64,000 bases of DNA from an uncultured Nitrospiraceae bacterium (lineage in GTDB: Bacteria; Nitrospirota; Thermodesulfovibrionia; Thermodesulfovibrionales; UBA6898). A model generated the notes under the pieces. That model ran no database searches. It was not told where the DNA came from and saw nothing but the letters and a program-made list of their open reading frames with translations. The stretch is taken from the NCBI GenBank assembly GCA_963811165.1, contig CAWEQH010000010.1, positions 960,001 to 1,024,000 on the forward strand, written 5' to 3'. Shown one piece after another: positions 49,030 through 58,883 of the stretch (positions are counted from its first letter, which is position 1; the number at the start of each line of letters is the position of its first letter). A program made the translations under genes and the position numbers.

Positions 49030-50466
49030 CTAACTAGTTTGAATCGTGACATAGAATGTCTGGCCGCCCCTCTTTACCAGGAAAAGTACCGGCTTGTTTC
49101 TTCCGGACTTTGTCACGGCAGAATCGTAATCGGTGAGGTTTTTTATGGGGATACGGTCGACCTCCCTGATCACATCTCCTACCTGTATCCCGGCGTCGTC
49201 GGCAGGACTGCCGGGCTGGACATTGACGACAACAACTCCGTTTTTGTCTTTTAGCTGAAGCTCTCTCATTACCTGAGGAGTTATATTGTCGGCCGTAAGG
49301 CCGAAGCCTTCAGGAGAAAGCTGCCCTGCTGCAGGGATTTTGCCGGTCGGCATTTCAGCCACCGTTACCGTAAGGGGCAGTTCTTTAGAGTCGCGTATGA
49401 CCTTCACATCGATTTTCTTCCCGGCGGGGGTTTCAGCGACGAGAAGCGGGAGGTCGGCAACCTTTTTGATCTCTTTCCCGTCAAAAGATACGATCACGTC
49501 CCCACGTTTTATTCCGGCGGCACTAGCAGGCCCTCCGGGGACCACCTCGCCTACGAGAACGCCTTGTGGCTCTTTCAGCCCGAGGGCCTGGGCGATCTCC
49601 GGCGTCATGGTCTGCACAGACACTCCTATCCACCCCCTGCTTACCCGTCCCTTCTCCTTTAACTGGGGGGTAATTTTCTTTGCCATATTGCTTGGGATTG
49701 CGAAACCGATACCCTGTCCCGACTGGATAATGGCCGAGTTTATCCCAATCACCTCTCCGCTGAGATTTATAAGCGGCCCTCCGCTGTTGCCGGGGTTGAT
49801 CGGCGCATCCGTCTGAAGAAAATTATCGTAGGGTCCGGATCCGATGACGCGTCCGGTAGCGCTGATTATTCCCTGGGTCACCGTCTCTTCAAGACCGAAG
49901 GGGTTGCCGATGGCGAGCACCCAGTCGCCCACCCGCATCTTGTCCGAATCTCCCAAAGAAAGGGCCGGCAGGTCTTTAAATAAGGAAGAAATCTTGATCA
50001 GCGCCAGGTCGGTTTTGGGGTCCCTCCCTATTACCTTCGCCTTATACTCTCTGCCGTCGGCGAGTTTGACTTTGATCTCGTCTGCCCCATCAACGACGTG
50101 ATTATTCGTGATGATGTATCCGTCTTTGTCGATAATGAACCCTGATCCGAGGCTTTGCTGTTTCAGTTCCTGGTCCGGTATCTCGCCGAAGAACTTATGG
50201 AAGAAATCTCCGAAGGGTTCTCCCCCTTCATCAGGACCGAAGAAATGTCTGAAAGGGCTGCCCGGTATCTTCACTGTCGTAGTAGTGCTGATATTCACAA
50301 CGGCAGGCTTCACCTTTGCCACAAGGTCGGCGAAAGATTGTGGAAAGCCGACAACCGTATATCCTCCCTTCATTTTTTCGCATCCGGGTTGAAGGGCGAT
50401 CGCGCAGAACAGCAAAGTCGAACAAAGAACCACTGCAGTTGTGTAAGCGACATACCGTGTCTTCAT
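49030..50466 (-). CDS. Second HtrA/DegP-DegQ serine protease
   Basis: TNNHV, DLAL, GNSGG; two PDZ. Confidence 0.94.
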   Translation of the reverse strand: MKTRYVAYTTAVVLCSTLLFCAIALQPGCEKMKGGYTVVGFPQSFADLVAKVKPAVVNISTTTTVKIPGSPFRHFFGPDEGGEPFGDFFHKFFGEIPDQELKQQSLGSGFIIDKDGYIITNNHVVDGADEIKVKLADGREYKAKVIGRDPKTDLALIKISSLFKDLPALSLGDSDKMRVGDWVLAIGNPFGLEETVTQGIISATGRVIGSGPYDNFLQTDAPINPGNSGGPLINLSGEVIGINSAIIQSGQGIGFAIPSNMAKKITPQLKEKGRVSRGWIGVSVQTMTPEIAQALGLKEPQGVLVGEVVPGGPASAAGIKRGDVIVSFDGKEIKKVADLPLLVAETPAGKKIDVKVIRDSKELPLTVTVAEMPTGKIPAAGQLSPEGFGLTADNITPQVMRELQLKDKNGVVVVNVQPGSPADDAGIQVGDVIREVDRIPIKNLTDYDSAVTKSGRNKPVLFLVKRGGQTFYVTIQTS

Positions 50467-50725
50467 GTCTTGACTCCTTCATAGTTTACAGTCGCTAAAG
50501 CGTGACAAAGATTTTGGCGGCACAGACTTCTCTCAAAGGAAATCCGATGAGGACCCCGCCTCTTAACAAAATGATATCTCTTTGGGGAAGGTTGTCAAGA
50601 AAGAAAAAGGGCGAAAAATATCTTACTTTCTCTCAATTATTGAGCGAGGACTATAAAGGCTGGCGAAACGAATGTAGGAGGCGGGGAGAGCGGAAGTCCG
50701 GTGAACTGCGACGGGGACAGGATAT

Positions 50726-51442
50726 CTATCCTCCACTGTATCTCGTCATTTCCCGAACGAGATTTTCGTAGAGTTCCGGGAGCCATGGGGGACCTTTTTC
50801 CCCGTCAATCTCAGGTGTTCTTTTTCGAAAGTCGTAAGGCACGATGACTACCTTTGTATTCTCCGTGCCCGTCCTTGCGGCAAGGACGAACAATTCTTCG
50901 ATCGCTTCGTCGCCGACGGCAAGGCATCCTTTTGATTTCGCTTTGCCGTGAATATAGATGTCCCCGCCGAGCTTGGACCTGCCGTCATAACGGGCCATCA
51001 GGCGGTCATACTCGTTGGGATAATCAAGCCTCATCGACAAGTAAAAACGGCTGTTTGGATTTAACTCGGTGATCCGGTAAACCCCCTCGGGCACCTGACG
51101 GTCGCCTGCCGTTTGTTTCGGGCCGCCGGTTCCGCTTGCGGCGTAAATCTCATACGTGGCGATATGGACCCATCTTCCGTCTTTCTCGGCCCAGATTTCA
51201 AGCTCCATCTCATCCTTCAATCCAATCAGGGTCAGACGTGATGGAGGATAGTGCACCCCGGCCCGCTCGAAATAGGCTCTCAGGCGCGACTCGGCACGGG
51301 TACTAATTTTCTTTATGACACCCGGCACAGACCTTTTTTCCGGGAAAAGGGAAGCCTTCATCTGCCCTTTCTGGAGTGCGGAACCATCCGCGGCAAATAC
51401 GAATGTGATCAGGAAAAACGCAGTGACAGTTGACAGTCTCAC
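50726..51442 (-). CDS. YkuD-family protein, YafK/DpaA (LdtF)-like
   Basis: GPK..AGDRQVPEGVY, LNPNSRFYLS, YPNEYD, IHG...SKGC; start uncertain (GTG 51442 or upstream). Confidence 0.8.
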   Translation of the reverse strand: MRLSTVTAFFLITFVFAADGSALQKGQMKASLFPEKRSVPGVIKKISTRAESRLRAYFERAGVHYPPSRLTLIGLKDEMELEIWAEKDGRWVHIATYEIYAASGTGGPKQTAGDRQVPEGVYRITELNPNSRFYLSMRLDYPNEYDRLMARYDGRSKLGGDIYIHGKAKSKGCLAVGDEAIEELFVLAARTGTENTKVVIVPYDFRKRTPEIDGEKGPPWLPELYENLVREMTRYSGG

Positions 51443-51564
51443 GATGGCACCGTCGTTTTTTTTCTGAAAGTAAATCGAAAATATGGATATAATAAAACTA
51501 ACGGAGTACAACAAATTGTTGAGATTCGTATAATAAAATTTTTCTCTACCATGGCGGTAACCAC

Positions 51565-52449
51565 ATGAAAAAAGTTGCTGTTATCTTAACACTTCTGCTG
51601 CTGATTTGTCGCGGGGCTGATGCGGCACCCCAGGTGTTTTGTCATAGCAAGGGTGATTCGGTGATAGGTTCAGTCACTTCTTACACTCTTAAGCCGGGAG
51701 AGTCCCTGATAGAGATCGCCAGGAAATTTGACCTCGGGTACAACGAGATTGCTGCGGCGAATCCGGATCTGGACCCTTTTGTTCCGGGCAAGGGCAATAC
51801 GGCCGCTATTCCGACCTCATGGATACTGCCCGATGTCGGAACGCGTGAGGGGATCGTCATTAATCTGTCCGAACTCAGGCTATATTATTTTTACAAGACC
51901 GGTCAGGCAAAGTTCGTCCGCACCTTTCCCCTAGGCATAGGGAGCGAAGGAAACGATACCCCTACCGGTCAATTTGCCGTGATTGAAAAGATCGTCCGGC
52001 CCTCATGGCATGTTCCCGAATCGATCAGAGAAGGAAAAACCCTTTCTGCCCGACGTCGTTCCGCCGGGGCCGAAAACCCGCTTGGCTCTCATGCAATGCG
52101 GCTCTCTCGTCCGACTATCCTTATCCACGGCACGAATAAACCATGGGGTGTCGGCAGGCGGGCCACCCACGGCTGCATCAGGCTTTACCCTGAGGATATC
52201 CCCGTGCTGTTCAGTTCAGTTCCAAAGGGCGTGAAGGTAATGATCGTGAGACAGCCGGTAAAAGCAGGCCTTAAAGATGAAAGGGTATACCTGGAAGTAC
52301 ACGGAGAAGATGGAAGAAATGACTCCGAATTATTCTCGGAAGCAGCTATCAGTTTTGGCGAAGAAGCGACTTTTGGGCCGCGTGGATACCAGAAACTTCA
52401 TCATGCTATTGAGGAGAAAATTGGGATGCCGGTCGATATTTCGGGATGA
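51565..52449 (+). CDS. LysM L,D-transpeptidase, ErfK/YbiS/YcfS-like (two compensated frameshift segments)
   Basis: Signal peptide; LysM (ESLIEIARKF...AANP); INLSELRLY; IHGT...THGCIRL; canonical LPDVVPPGP is in another frame. Confidence 0.9.
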   Translation: MKKVAVILTLLLLICRGADAAPQVFCHSKGDSVIGSVTSYTLKPGESLIEIARKFDLGYNEIAAANPDLDPFVPGKGNTAAIPTSWILPDVGTREGIVINLSELRLYYFYKTGQAKFVRTFPLGIGSEGNDTPTGQFAVIEKIVRPSWHVPESIREGKTLSARRRSAGAENPLGSHAMRLSRPTILIHGTNKPWGVGRRATHGCIRLYPEDIPVLFSSVPKGVKVMIVRQPVKAGLKDERVYLEVHGEDGRNDSELFSEAAISFGEEATFGPRGYQKLHHAIEEKIGMPVDISG

Positions 52450-52533
52450 CGGTAACTTTTCGCGAGCCCTAGCCCTGGGAACTGAAGGACCCGGATAACA
52501 TCCGATGGATATCCGGGTCCCTGCATCTCATGG

Positions 52534-52875
52534 TTATTTCCTTTGTTCGAGTTCAAAGGCCTTCTTGGCTTTTTCAGCTGCTGCCTCAGCTCTCTTGGCA
52601 GCCGCCTCGGCCCTCTCCGCGGCAGCATCTCCCTGGCCGCAGCATTTCTTTGCCTCCGCTGCCAATGCCTTTGCCTCCTGCGCCTCCTTCATGGCCTGTT
52701 CAGCAGAACCTGCTGTCGGTCGTGCTTCGAGTGCGGAAACCCGCGCCTCGAGCTTGCTTATCCTGTCATTCAGAGGTTCGATCTGCTGTCTGACATAATC
52801 CCTCGATGCGCAGCCGACGACAAATAAAGTCAGGAAAACACTGATCAGGGTCAACAATGGTAACGATCTTCTCAT
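52534..52875 (-). CDS. Lpp/OprI-like alanine-zipper lipoprotein with C-terminal Lys
   Basis: GGAGGT RBS; lipobox VVGC; heptad coiled coil; Ala-rich zipper; ends EQRK. Confidence 0.82.
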   Translation of the reverse strand: MRRSLPLLTLISVFLTLFVVGCASRDYVRQQIEPLNDRISKLEARVSALEARPTAGSAEQAMKEAQEAKALAAEAKKCCGQGDAAAERAEAAAKRAEAAAEKAKKAFELEQRK

Positions 52876-53019
52876 CCTTCTCACCTCCCTTTCTATAGTT
52901 GAGTTACCCCCATCCTACCTCCTAATCCCTCGGTGTGCAACCAGGCCCCCTGTTGTCGGATTTCCCGCCACTGCCGAGTCTTCATCGGAAACGGCTTGAC
53001 GCACCGGATCGGTCTGCAC

Positions 53020-53676
53020 TTATGACTGTTTGCGTATCATCGACAATGCGATAAAGGCTTCCCTTCTCAGAAGCGGCTCGCCGGCATCACCGGCTATTTT
53101 TTCGAGGGAGGAAACCGCCCTCGCATCTCTTAACATGCCGAGTGAGCGAATTGCGCTAATCTTTATCACAAAACGGATGTCTTTCAGTTGAGCAATGAGA
53201 TAAGGGACCGCAGTCACATCTCCGACCCTTCCCAGCGAGACAATGGATGCCTCCCGCACCGGAAGCTCAGGGTCGTCCAACCCTTGGATAAGGGCCCCGG
53301 ATACCCTCGGCCCGGAAAAATTTCCAAGGGCAAGGGCAAGGCTGCTTTTAAGAGCCGGGCATCCCTGATGAAAAAAAATATCGGAAAACAGCTGCAGTAA
53401 AACATCTTCCACCCGGGGAGTATGTATCCGGGCCAACAGGCCAATACCCCGCATCTGGAGTCTCCAGTCAAGACCCCGATTCCTTATCACCTCGATAAGC
53501 GCCTCCGTTGCTTGCCGATTGTTCATTCCTTCCGGTGCGTCAAGAAGAAAGGCCTCCCCCTCGTTTTTTTGAAGTTGCCTGATAATGGAGTCCGGGCCGG
53601 ACGCAGACACGGGCATGCTTGCGGCAAGAGAGAAGATGAGGAGAATAGCGGGCTCTATTTTTCTGCGAATATTCAA
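53020..53676 (-). CDS. Exported HEAT-repeat protein
   Basis: TTG after AGGAGG; signal peptide; repeats ALALG, VREASIVSLG, SAIRSLG. Confidence 0.78.
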   Translation of the reverse strand: MNIRRKIEPAILLIFSLAASMPVSASGPDSIIRQLQKNEGEAFLLDAPEGMNNRQATEALIEVIRNRGLDWRLQMRGIGLLARIHTPRVEDVLLQLFSDIFFHQGCPALKSSLALALGNFSGPRVSGALIQGLDDPELPVREASIVSLGRVGDVTAVPYLIAQLKDIRFVIKISAIRSLGMLRDARAVSSLEKIAGDAGEPLLRREAFIALSMIRKQS

Positions 53677-53954
53677 TAGTCGACCTCCTGTGAATTCATA
53701 CCGGAGTGATGTTACAATCTTATCATCCGTATTGCCGCGTGACAACCTCGGCCTCTTTCTTTTTTTAATCATCACACACTCGGGGGAGGTTGACTTCAAT
53801 CAGTCGTCTAAACGGCCGCCGGCTGTCCAATTCGGCATTTTAATCGATACATTTCAACTTTGCATTAAAGACTTTACATTGAATTTCGCAAACCTTCAGT
53901 GCCTATGAAGAATGAGGTACCGGTGGTACACTTTTACAAAGGGAGGCAAAGATT

Positions 53955-54191
53955 ATGCACTGGCACATTGTTGAACGCGGAATGGAGTTTGGCTGGCTGT
54001 TTATTATCATCTTTTCCATTTTTATTGTCCTTGGCGTGATCCATCTGGCAAATTTGATTTCCGGAAGCAGGGGGAGGGAAACTCACGGAGAATCGCCTCT
54101 TCATATTCTCAAGAGACGGTATGCAAAGGGAGAAATAACCAGGGAGGAGTTTGAAAAAATGAAGGATGAGATTACAGGGAAGATATGCTGA
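53955..54191 (+). CDS. SHOCT-domain membrane protein
   Basis: One TM then ILKRRYAKGEITREEFEKMK; GGAGG RBS. Confidence 0.85.
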   Translation: MHWHIVERGMEFGWLFIIIFSIFIVLGVIHLANLISGSRGRETHGESPLHILKRRYAKGEITREEFEKMKDEITGKIC

Positions 54192-54206
54192 GGGAAAACG
54201 ACCGCA

Positions 54207-55211
54207 ATGTTTAGAAGGAGATATGTTTCCTTTATCATCGGCATCTTTGTCTTATTTATCACCTACCTGCACTACTCGACCCTCCCGGAGATCTATTCCT
54301 TTCACAATGTGTACAAGGAATTTTACTATATACCAATATTTCTCGGCGCTCTTGCGTTCGGTCTGAGGGGGGCCCTCCTGATTTATCTTTACGTTTTTAT
54401 TTTCGAGCTCCCTTTTGTTATTGAAGGCTGGACAGGGGCTTTTGCATCTGAAGTGAGCCGATTGTTTCATCTGGGGCTGCAGGGGCTTTTTGCAATTTTT
54501 GCCGGATATCTCGTCGACAGAGAAAGGAAAACAAGGAAACAGACAGAAAAAGAGAGGGACCTTGCCAGGATCGGACAGGTCGCGACTGCAATCGTGCACG
54601 ATCTGAAAAATCCTATTATCACCATCCTCGGATTTTCAAAGCGCATCAAAAATGGGAAGGGAAATGCCGACGAGTCGATAGACATTGTCATGGATTCAGC
54701 ACTTACCATGCAAAAGATAGTCCAAGGCGTGCTGGATTTCTCAAAACCTCTTCAGTTGACACTAAATAAGGAGGACATAAGAGAAGTAATCGCTAAAGCA
54801 TGCCACATCTGTAAAGAAAAGGCAGAAGAAGGAGGCGTGAACTTATTGACAAGCGTTCCTGCCTCTCCGGTTTACGTGGAATTAGACAGCTTCCATATGG
54901 AAAGGGCATTGATAAATCTCCTCAGCAATGCGATTGAAGCCTCCGGCAGGGGTCAAGAAGTGAAAGTCGGTACTGCACCCGGTAAAGACACCCTGGCTAT
55001 CACGATAGTGGATCAAGGGCCTGGCATGGACCGGGAGACCATTGAAAATGTATTTACCCCCTTCTATACAAAGAAGAAAGAAGGGACCGGACTTGGGATG
55101 CCCATTGCAAAGAAGGTGGTAGATGCGCACAAAGGTGAAATATCTGTCTTCTCTAAACCCGGCGAAGGGACGGAAGTCAGGATAAAATTGCCTTACAAGG
55201 CTGATAAGTAA
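54207..55211 (+). CDS. Membrane sensor histidine kinase
   Basis: About 4 TMs; H-box VHDLKNP, NAIEA, DQGPG, GTGLG. Confidence 0.9.
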   Translation: MFRRRYVSFIIGIFVLFITYLHYSTLPEIYSFHNVYKEFYYIPIFLGALAFGLRGALLIYLYVFIFELPFVIEGWTGAFASEVSRLFHLGLQGLFAIFAGYLVDRERKTRKQTEKERDLARIGQVATAIVHDLKNPIITILGFSKRIKNGKGNADESIDIVMDSALTMQKIVQGVLDFSKPLQLTLNKEDIREVIAKACHICKEKAEEGGVNLLTSVPASPVYVELDSFHMERALINLLSNAIEASGRGQEVKVGTAPGKDTLAITIVDQGPGMDRETIENVFTPFYTKKKEGTGLGMPIAKKVVDAHKGEISVFSKPGEGTEVRIKLPYKADK

Positions 55212-55341
55212 TAAGGGATTATCTTATAATGGGAGAAGATCTCTTTTGTTGTATTCCCCGGATGTATTTCTTAAAGGAAAAGGAAGATATAATTAGACTT
55301 GATGCATTACACCAAAAAGCGGTAAGAAAGGAGAAATTGTC

Positions 55342-56184
55342 ATGAGCACCGAAAAGTTTTGCCCCATGGGAAAAATTGAAAAACTGCTTTTAGCGACGGA
55401 CTGGTCGGACTATAGCGAAGGCGCGGTAACAGAGGCCATAACCCTTGCCAGGCAATGTGCAACCGAACTCTATGCCATTTCAGTCATTGAAATAAATCCT
55501 GAATATGAGACTTTCGGTACCGACGTCATCGAAAAGGAAGAAAAAGAAGTCGTAACATATTTCGAATCGTTAAAAGCCAGGGCGTTGAAAGAAGGAGTGA
55601 CTTGTAAAACCATCCTCCGGGAGTCGGGAGAGCCTTATCGTCTCATAGTCGAGGAAGCTGAAAAGAAGAAGGTTGACATGATAATTTTAGGCAAGCACGG
55701 CCGCAGGGGACTGGCAAAGGTTTTAATGGGAAATGTGGCAGCAAAAGTTATCGGTTACGCACCTTGCAACGTGTTGGTGGTCCCAAAAGCGGCGGTGATC
55801 GAATTCAGAAATGTACTGGTAGCAACAGACGGCTCCGGGCATGGTGACGCGGCAGTCGCGGAGGCGGTTGGAATCGCGAAACGCTGCGGGAGTCATATTA
55901 TTGCGGTGTCCGCATTCCTGATGGACGAAGAACGGGAAGAGGCAAGGACGATAGTAGACAACGTTATCAAGGCGGCGCAGAAGGAAGGGGTGTCGGCGGA
56001 AGGCGTTACCCCCAGAGGCAAACCTTACGAGGCAATAGTTGAAACAGCAGGCGGCAGGGCGGTTGACTTAATAGTGATGGGCGCTTATGGCAAAACCGGG
56101 CTGAGAAAACTCCTCATGGGGAGCTCAACTGAAAAGGTTGTCGGACTTGCCGGCTGTGGCGTCATGGTTGTCAAACATGGCTGA
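55342..56184 (+). CDS. Tandem universal stress protein
   Basis: Two USP domains: LLATD...GKHGRRG...MGNV and VATDGS...GAYGKTG...MGSS. Confidence 0.92.
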   Translation: MSTEKFCPMGKIEKLLLATDWSDYSEGAVTEAITLARQCATELYAISVIEINPEYETFGTDVIEKEEKEVVTYFESLKARALKEGVTCKTILRESGEPYRLIVEEAEKKKVDMIILGKHGRRGLAKVLMGNVAAKVIGYAPCNVLVVPKAAVIEFRNVLVATDGSGHGDAAVAEAVGIAKRCGSHIIAVSAFLMDEEREEARTIVDNVIKAAQKEGVSAEGVTPRGKPYEAIVETAGGRAVDLIVMGAYGKTGLRKLLMGSSTEKVVGLAGCGVMVVKHG

Positions 56185-56192
56185 GGCATCCC

Positions 56193-58617
56193 TTGAGTCT
56201 GAGAGTCAGAAACACAGCTGAATACAAGAAGCTCTCGATTGAAGAGTCCCTGAAGATCCTGGAGACTTCGACAGATGGTATTGCGGAATCAGAAGCAGAA
56301 AAGCGCCTTGAGATATTCGGGTATAACGAAATCACAGAGAAAAAGAAGAACCCCTTTCTTGAATTTTTGCTGCGTTACTGGGGTCCCATGCCGTGGCTGC
56401 TGGAGCTTGCAATGGGGCTTTCGTTTATATTGAGGCATCATATCGAGGGATTCATAATCTTTGCGTTGCTCACGGTAAATGCCGTCATTGGCCAAGTGCA
56501 TTCACGCGGCTCGCAAAAGGCCGTAGAACTCCTTAAGAAAAAGCTGGCGGTCAAAGCGAAAGTATTGCGCGATGGCAAGTGGGTCATTAAAGAGGCCAAG
56601 GAAATTGTACCCGGAGACATCATCGCCGTTGGGCTCGGAGATATCGTTCCTGCAGATGCCAAAATTATAAGCGGCGGGCTTTCCATTGATCAATCAGCCC
56701 TGACCGGAGAATCCCTGCCCATAGAGACACAGCAGGCAGACATACTCTATTCGAGTTCCGTAGTGAGGCGTGGAGAGGCCAGGCTGCACTGTAGTCAATA
56801 CCGGAGCAAACACATACTTCGGCAAAACAGCGGAACTCGTCAGAACAGCAAAGCCGAAGTCCCACCAAGGGGAAGTGATGATGACTATGGTCAGATATAT
56901 GATGTATCTGGCTATAGCCGCACTGGTCTTAATTTTGGCATACGGTGTGATTATGAGATTAGAAGAACATATCGTCACTGTACTGACCCTGGCGGTAATC
57001 TTCCTTATGGGCGCGGTCCCTGTGGCCCTTCCGGCAGTGCTCACCATCGTCCAGTCCGTCGGAGCAATGGAGCTTGCAAAAAAGGGAGCGCTCGTGACCA
57101 GACTCGATTCGATCGAGGATGCCGCTTCGATAGATGTCCTCTGCTTCGATAAGACAGGTACGATAACTCAGAATAAATTATCGGTTGCTGAAAGCATACC
57201 GTTCTCCGGATATACGAAAGAGGATGTTGTCCTTACAGCCGCCTTGGCCTCACAAGAGGAAGGGATGGACATCATAGACCTTGCGGTCATCGACTATGCG
57301 AAAAGCATGAGAGTTGATTTTATCCCCTACAAACGGATATCCCATACCCCCTTTGATCCATCGACTAAGAGGAGCGAGGCGATAATAGGGATCGGCACAA
57401 AGCATTTTAAAGCGGTCAAAGGCGCAGCCCATATAGTCTTATCCATGTGCCGGGGAATCGACAAAAAAGAGATGGAGAAGGCAAACGGGACCATAGAAGA
57501 GTTTTCCCGGAAAGGATACAGAACGATAGCAGTTGCCCGTTCGGAAGGCGACGCGGATAATCTTAAACTTGCAGGATTGCTTTCATTGGCCGATCCACTC
57601 AGGCCGGACTCAAAAAGCATGATAGAACAGGCAAGAAAGCTGGGAATAAAGCCTATAATGCTTACCGGCGATAGTATGGCCATAGCGAAAGAGATAGCCC
57701 TTCAGGCCGGGATAGGCGGAAACATTATCCGTATGGCGGATATCGGTGGCTTACGCGGGGACGAGCAGATGAGGGTCGTAGGAGAAAGCGATGGGTTTGC
57801 CGAGATATATCCGGAAGACAAGTATAAGATTGTGAAACTTCTGCAGTCCAGAGGGCACATGGTAGGGATGACTGGAGACGGTGTGAATGATGCCCCTGCG
57901 CTTAAACAGGCGGAGATGGGGATAGCGGTGAGCAATGCGACCGACGTGGCAAAGGCGGCTGCGAGCGTAGTACTGACCGAAGCGGGTATAAGTGTGATAA
58001 TCAATGCCGTCACAATAAGCAGACAGACCTATCAACGGATGCTGACATGGGTCATTAACAAAGTCACGAAGGTAATAGAATTCGTCGGTCTGCTGACCCT
58101 GAGTTTCTTCTGGCTCCATGACATTGTGCTCTCTCTCCTGGGGATGTCGCTCCTGGTGTTTGCAAACGATTTCGTGACCATGTCCCTTGCAACCGACAAT
58201 GTAAAACATACTCCTAATCCCAACATGTGGAATGTAAAGAACATTACTCTTGCGTCACTCGTTCCGGGCATGCTCTTGGTTGTGGAGGGCATGCTCGTTA
58301 TTGCGGCGGGCATGAAATATTTTCATCTTGAATGGGAGAAACTGCGCACCCTGGTAATGTTGAACCTGATATTCAACAGCCAGTTCAGGGTCTTGATCGT
58401 TCGGGAGAGAAGGCACTTCTGGTCGTCGCTTCCGGGCAGGGAATTACTGGTCCTGAGCGCGGCGACCATAATCGGATTTGCACTGGCGGGTGTATATGGA
58501 ATCTTTGTTCCGCCCCTTAAGCCCTATCAGGTTTCCGCTGTTTTGATATTTTCGGCAGTGTTTACGCTCGGTATTGATTTCCCGAAGTTCTATATATTCA
58601 AAAAATTCAAATTATAA
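56193..58617 (+). CDS. Type IIIA (plasma-membrane H+-efflux type) P-type ATPase, +1 frameshift near 56784
   Basis: FGYNEI, WGPMPW, VPGD, LTGES in first frame; PVALP, DKTGT, MTGDGVNDAPALK, NDFV in second frame. Confidence 0.9.
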
Positions 58618-58774
58618 TTCGGAAGCGTACAAGTCTTTCTATATCAACAAACCCTTTGACTGTCGCGTGTGATGCGATTGTCGGAAATAATCCTGGCAAT
58701 GAAATATTGCACTGCAAGATTTATTTGCAGCAAAAAATGTGCAAATCCGTTTTGCCCACAAATTTACCTCGATA

Positions 58775-58817
58775 TATCAAGTAGTTATCAAAGGCCCGGA
58801 AATGGCATGCTTATTGT
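58775..58817 (+). promoter_or_regulatory. IHF site plus putative sigma54 promoter upstream of MFS pair
   Basis: TATCAA-GTAG-TTA fits WATCARN4TTR; TGGCAT-GCTTA-TTGT at 58803-58817 has -24/-12 spacing with GC changed to GT. Confidence 0.5.
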
Positions 58818-58883
58818 ATATATTGCTATCGAAACTAGGAATTAAGAATAACAACTAAACATTTTTGTATTCGAGGTAGATTC

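Noticed and set aside
46492..50466. Two htrA genes as a recent duplication
   Set aside because: Clearly diverged outside catalytic motifs; old paralogues
52935..52970. Possible sigma54 promoter and TGTCGG-N5-CCGCCA palindrome upstream of the lipoprotein
   Set aside because: -24 element reads AGGGGG rather than TGGCAC; too weak to call
56785..57152. C-terminal tail of the 319-aa ORF at 56193
   Set aside because: Out-of-frame read-through after the ATPase indel
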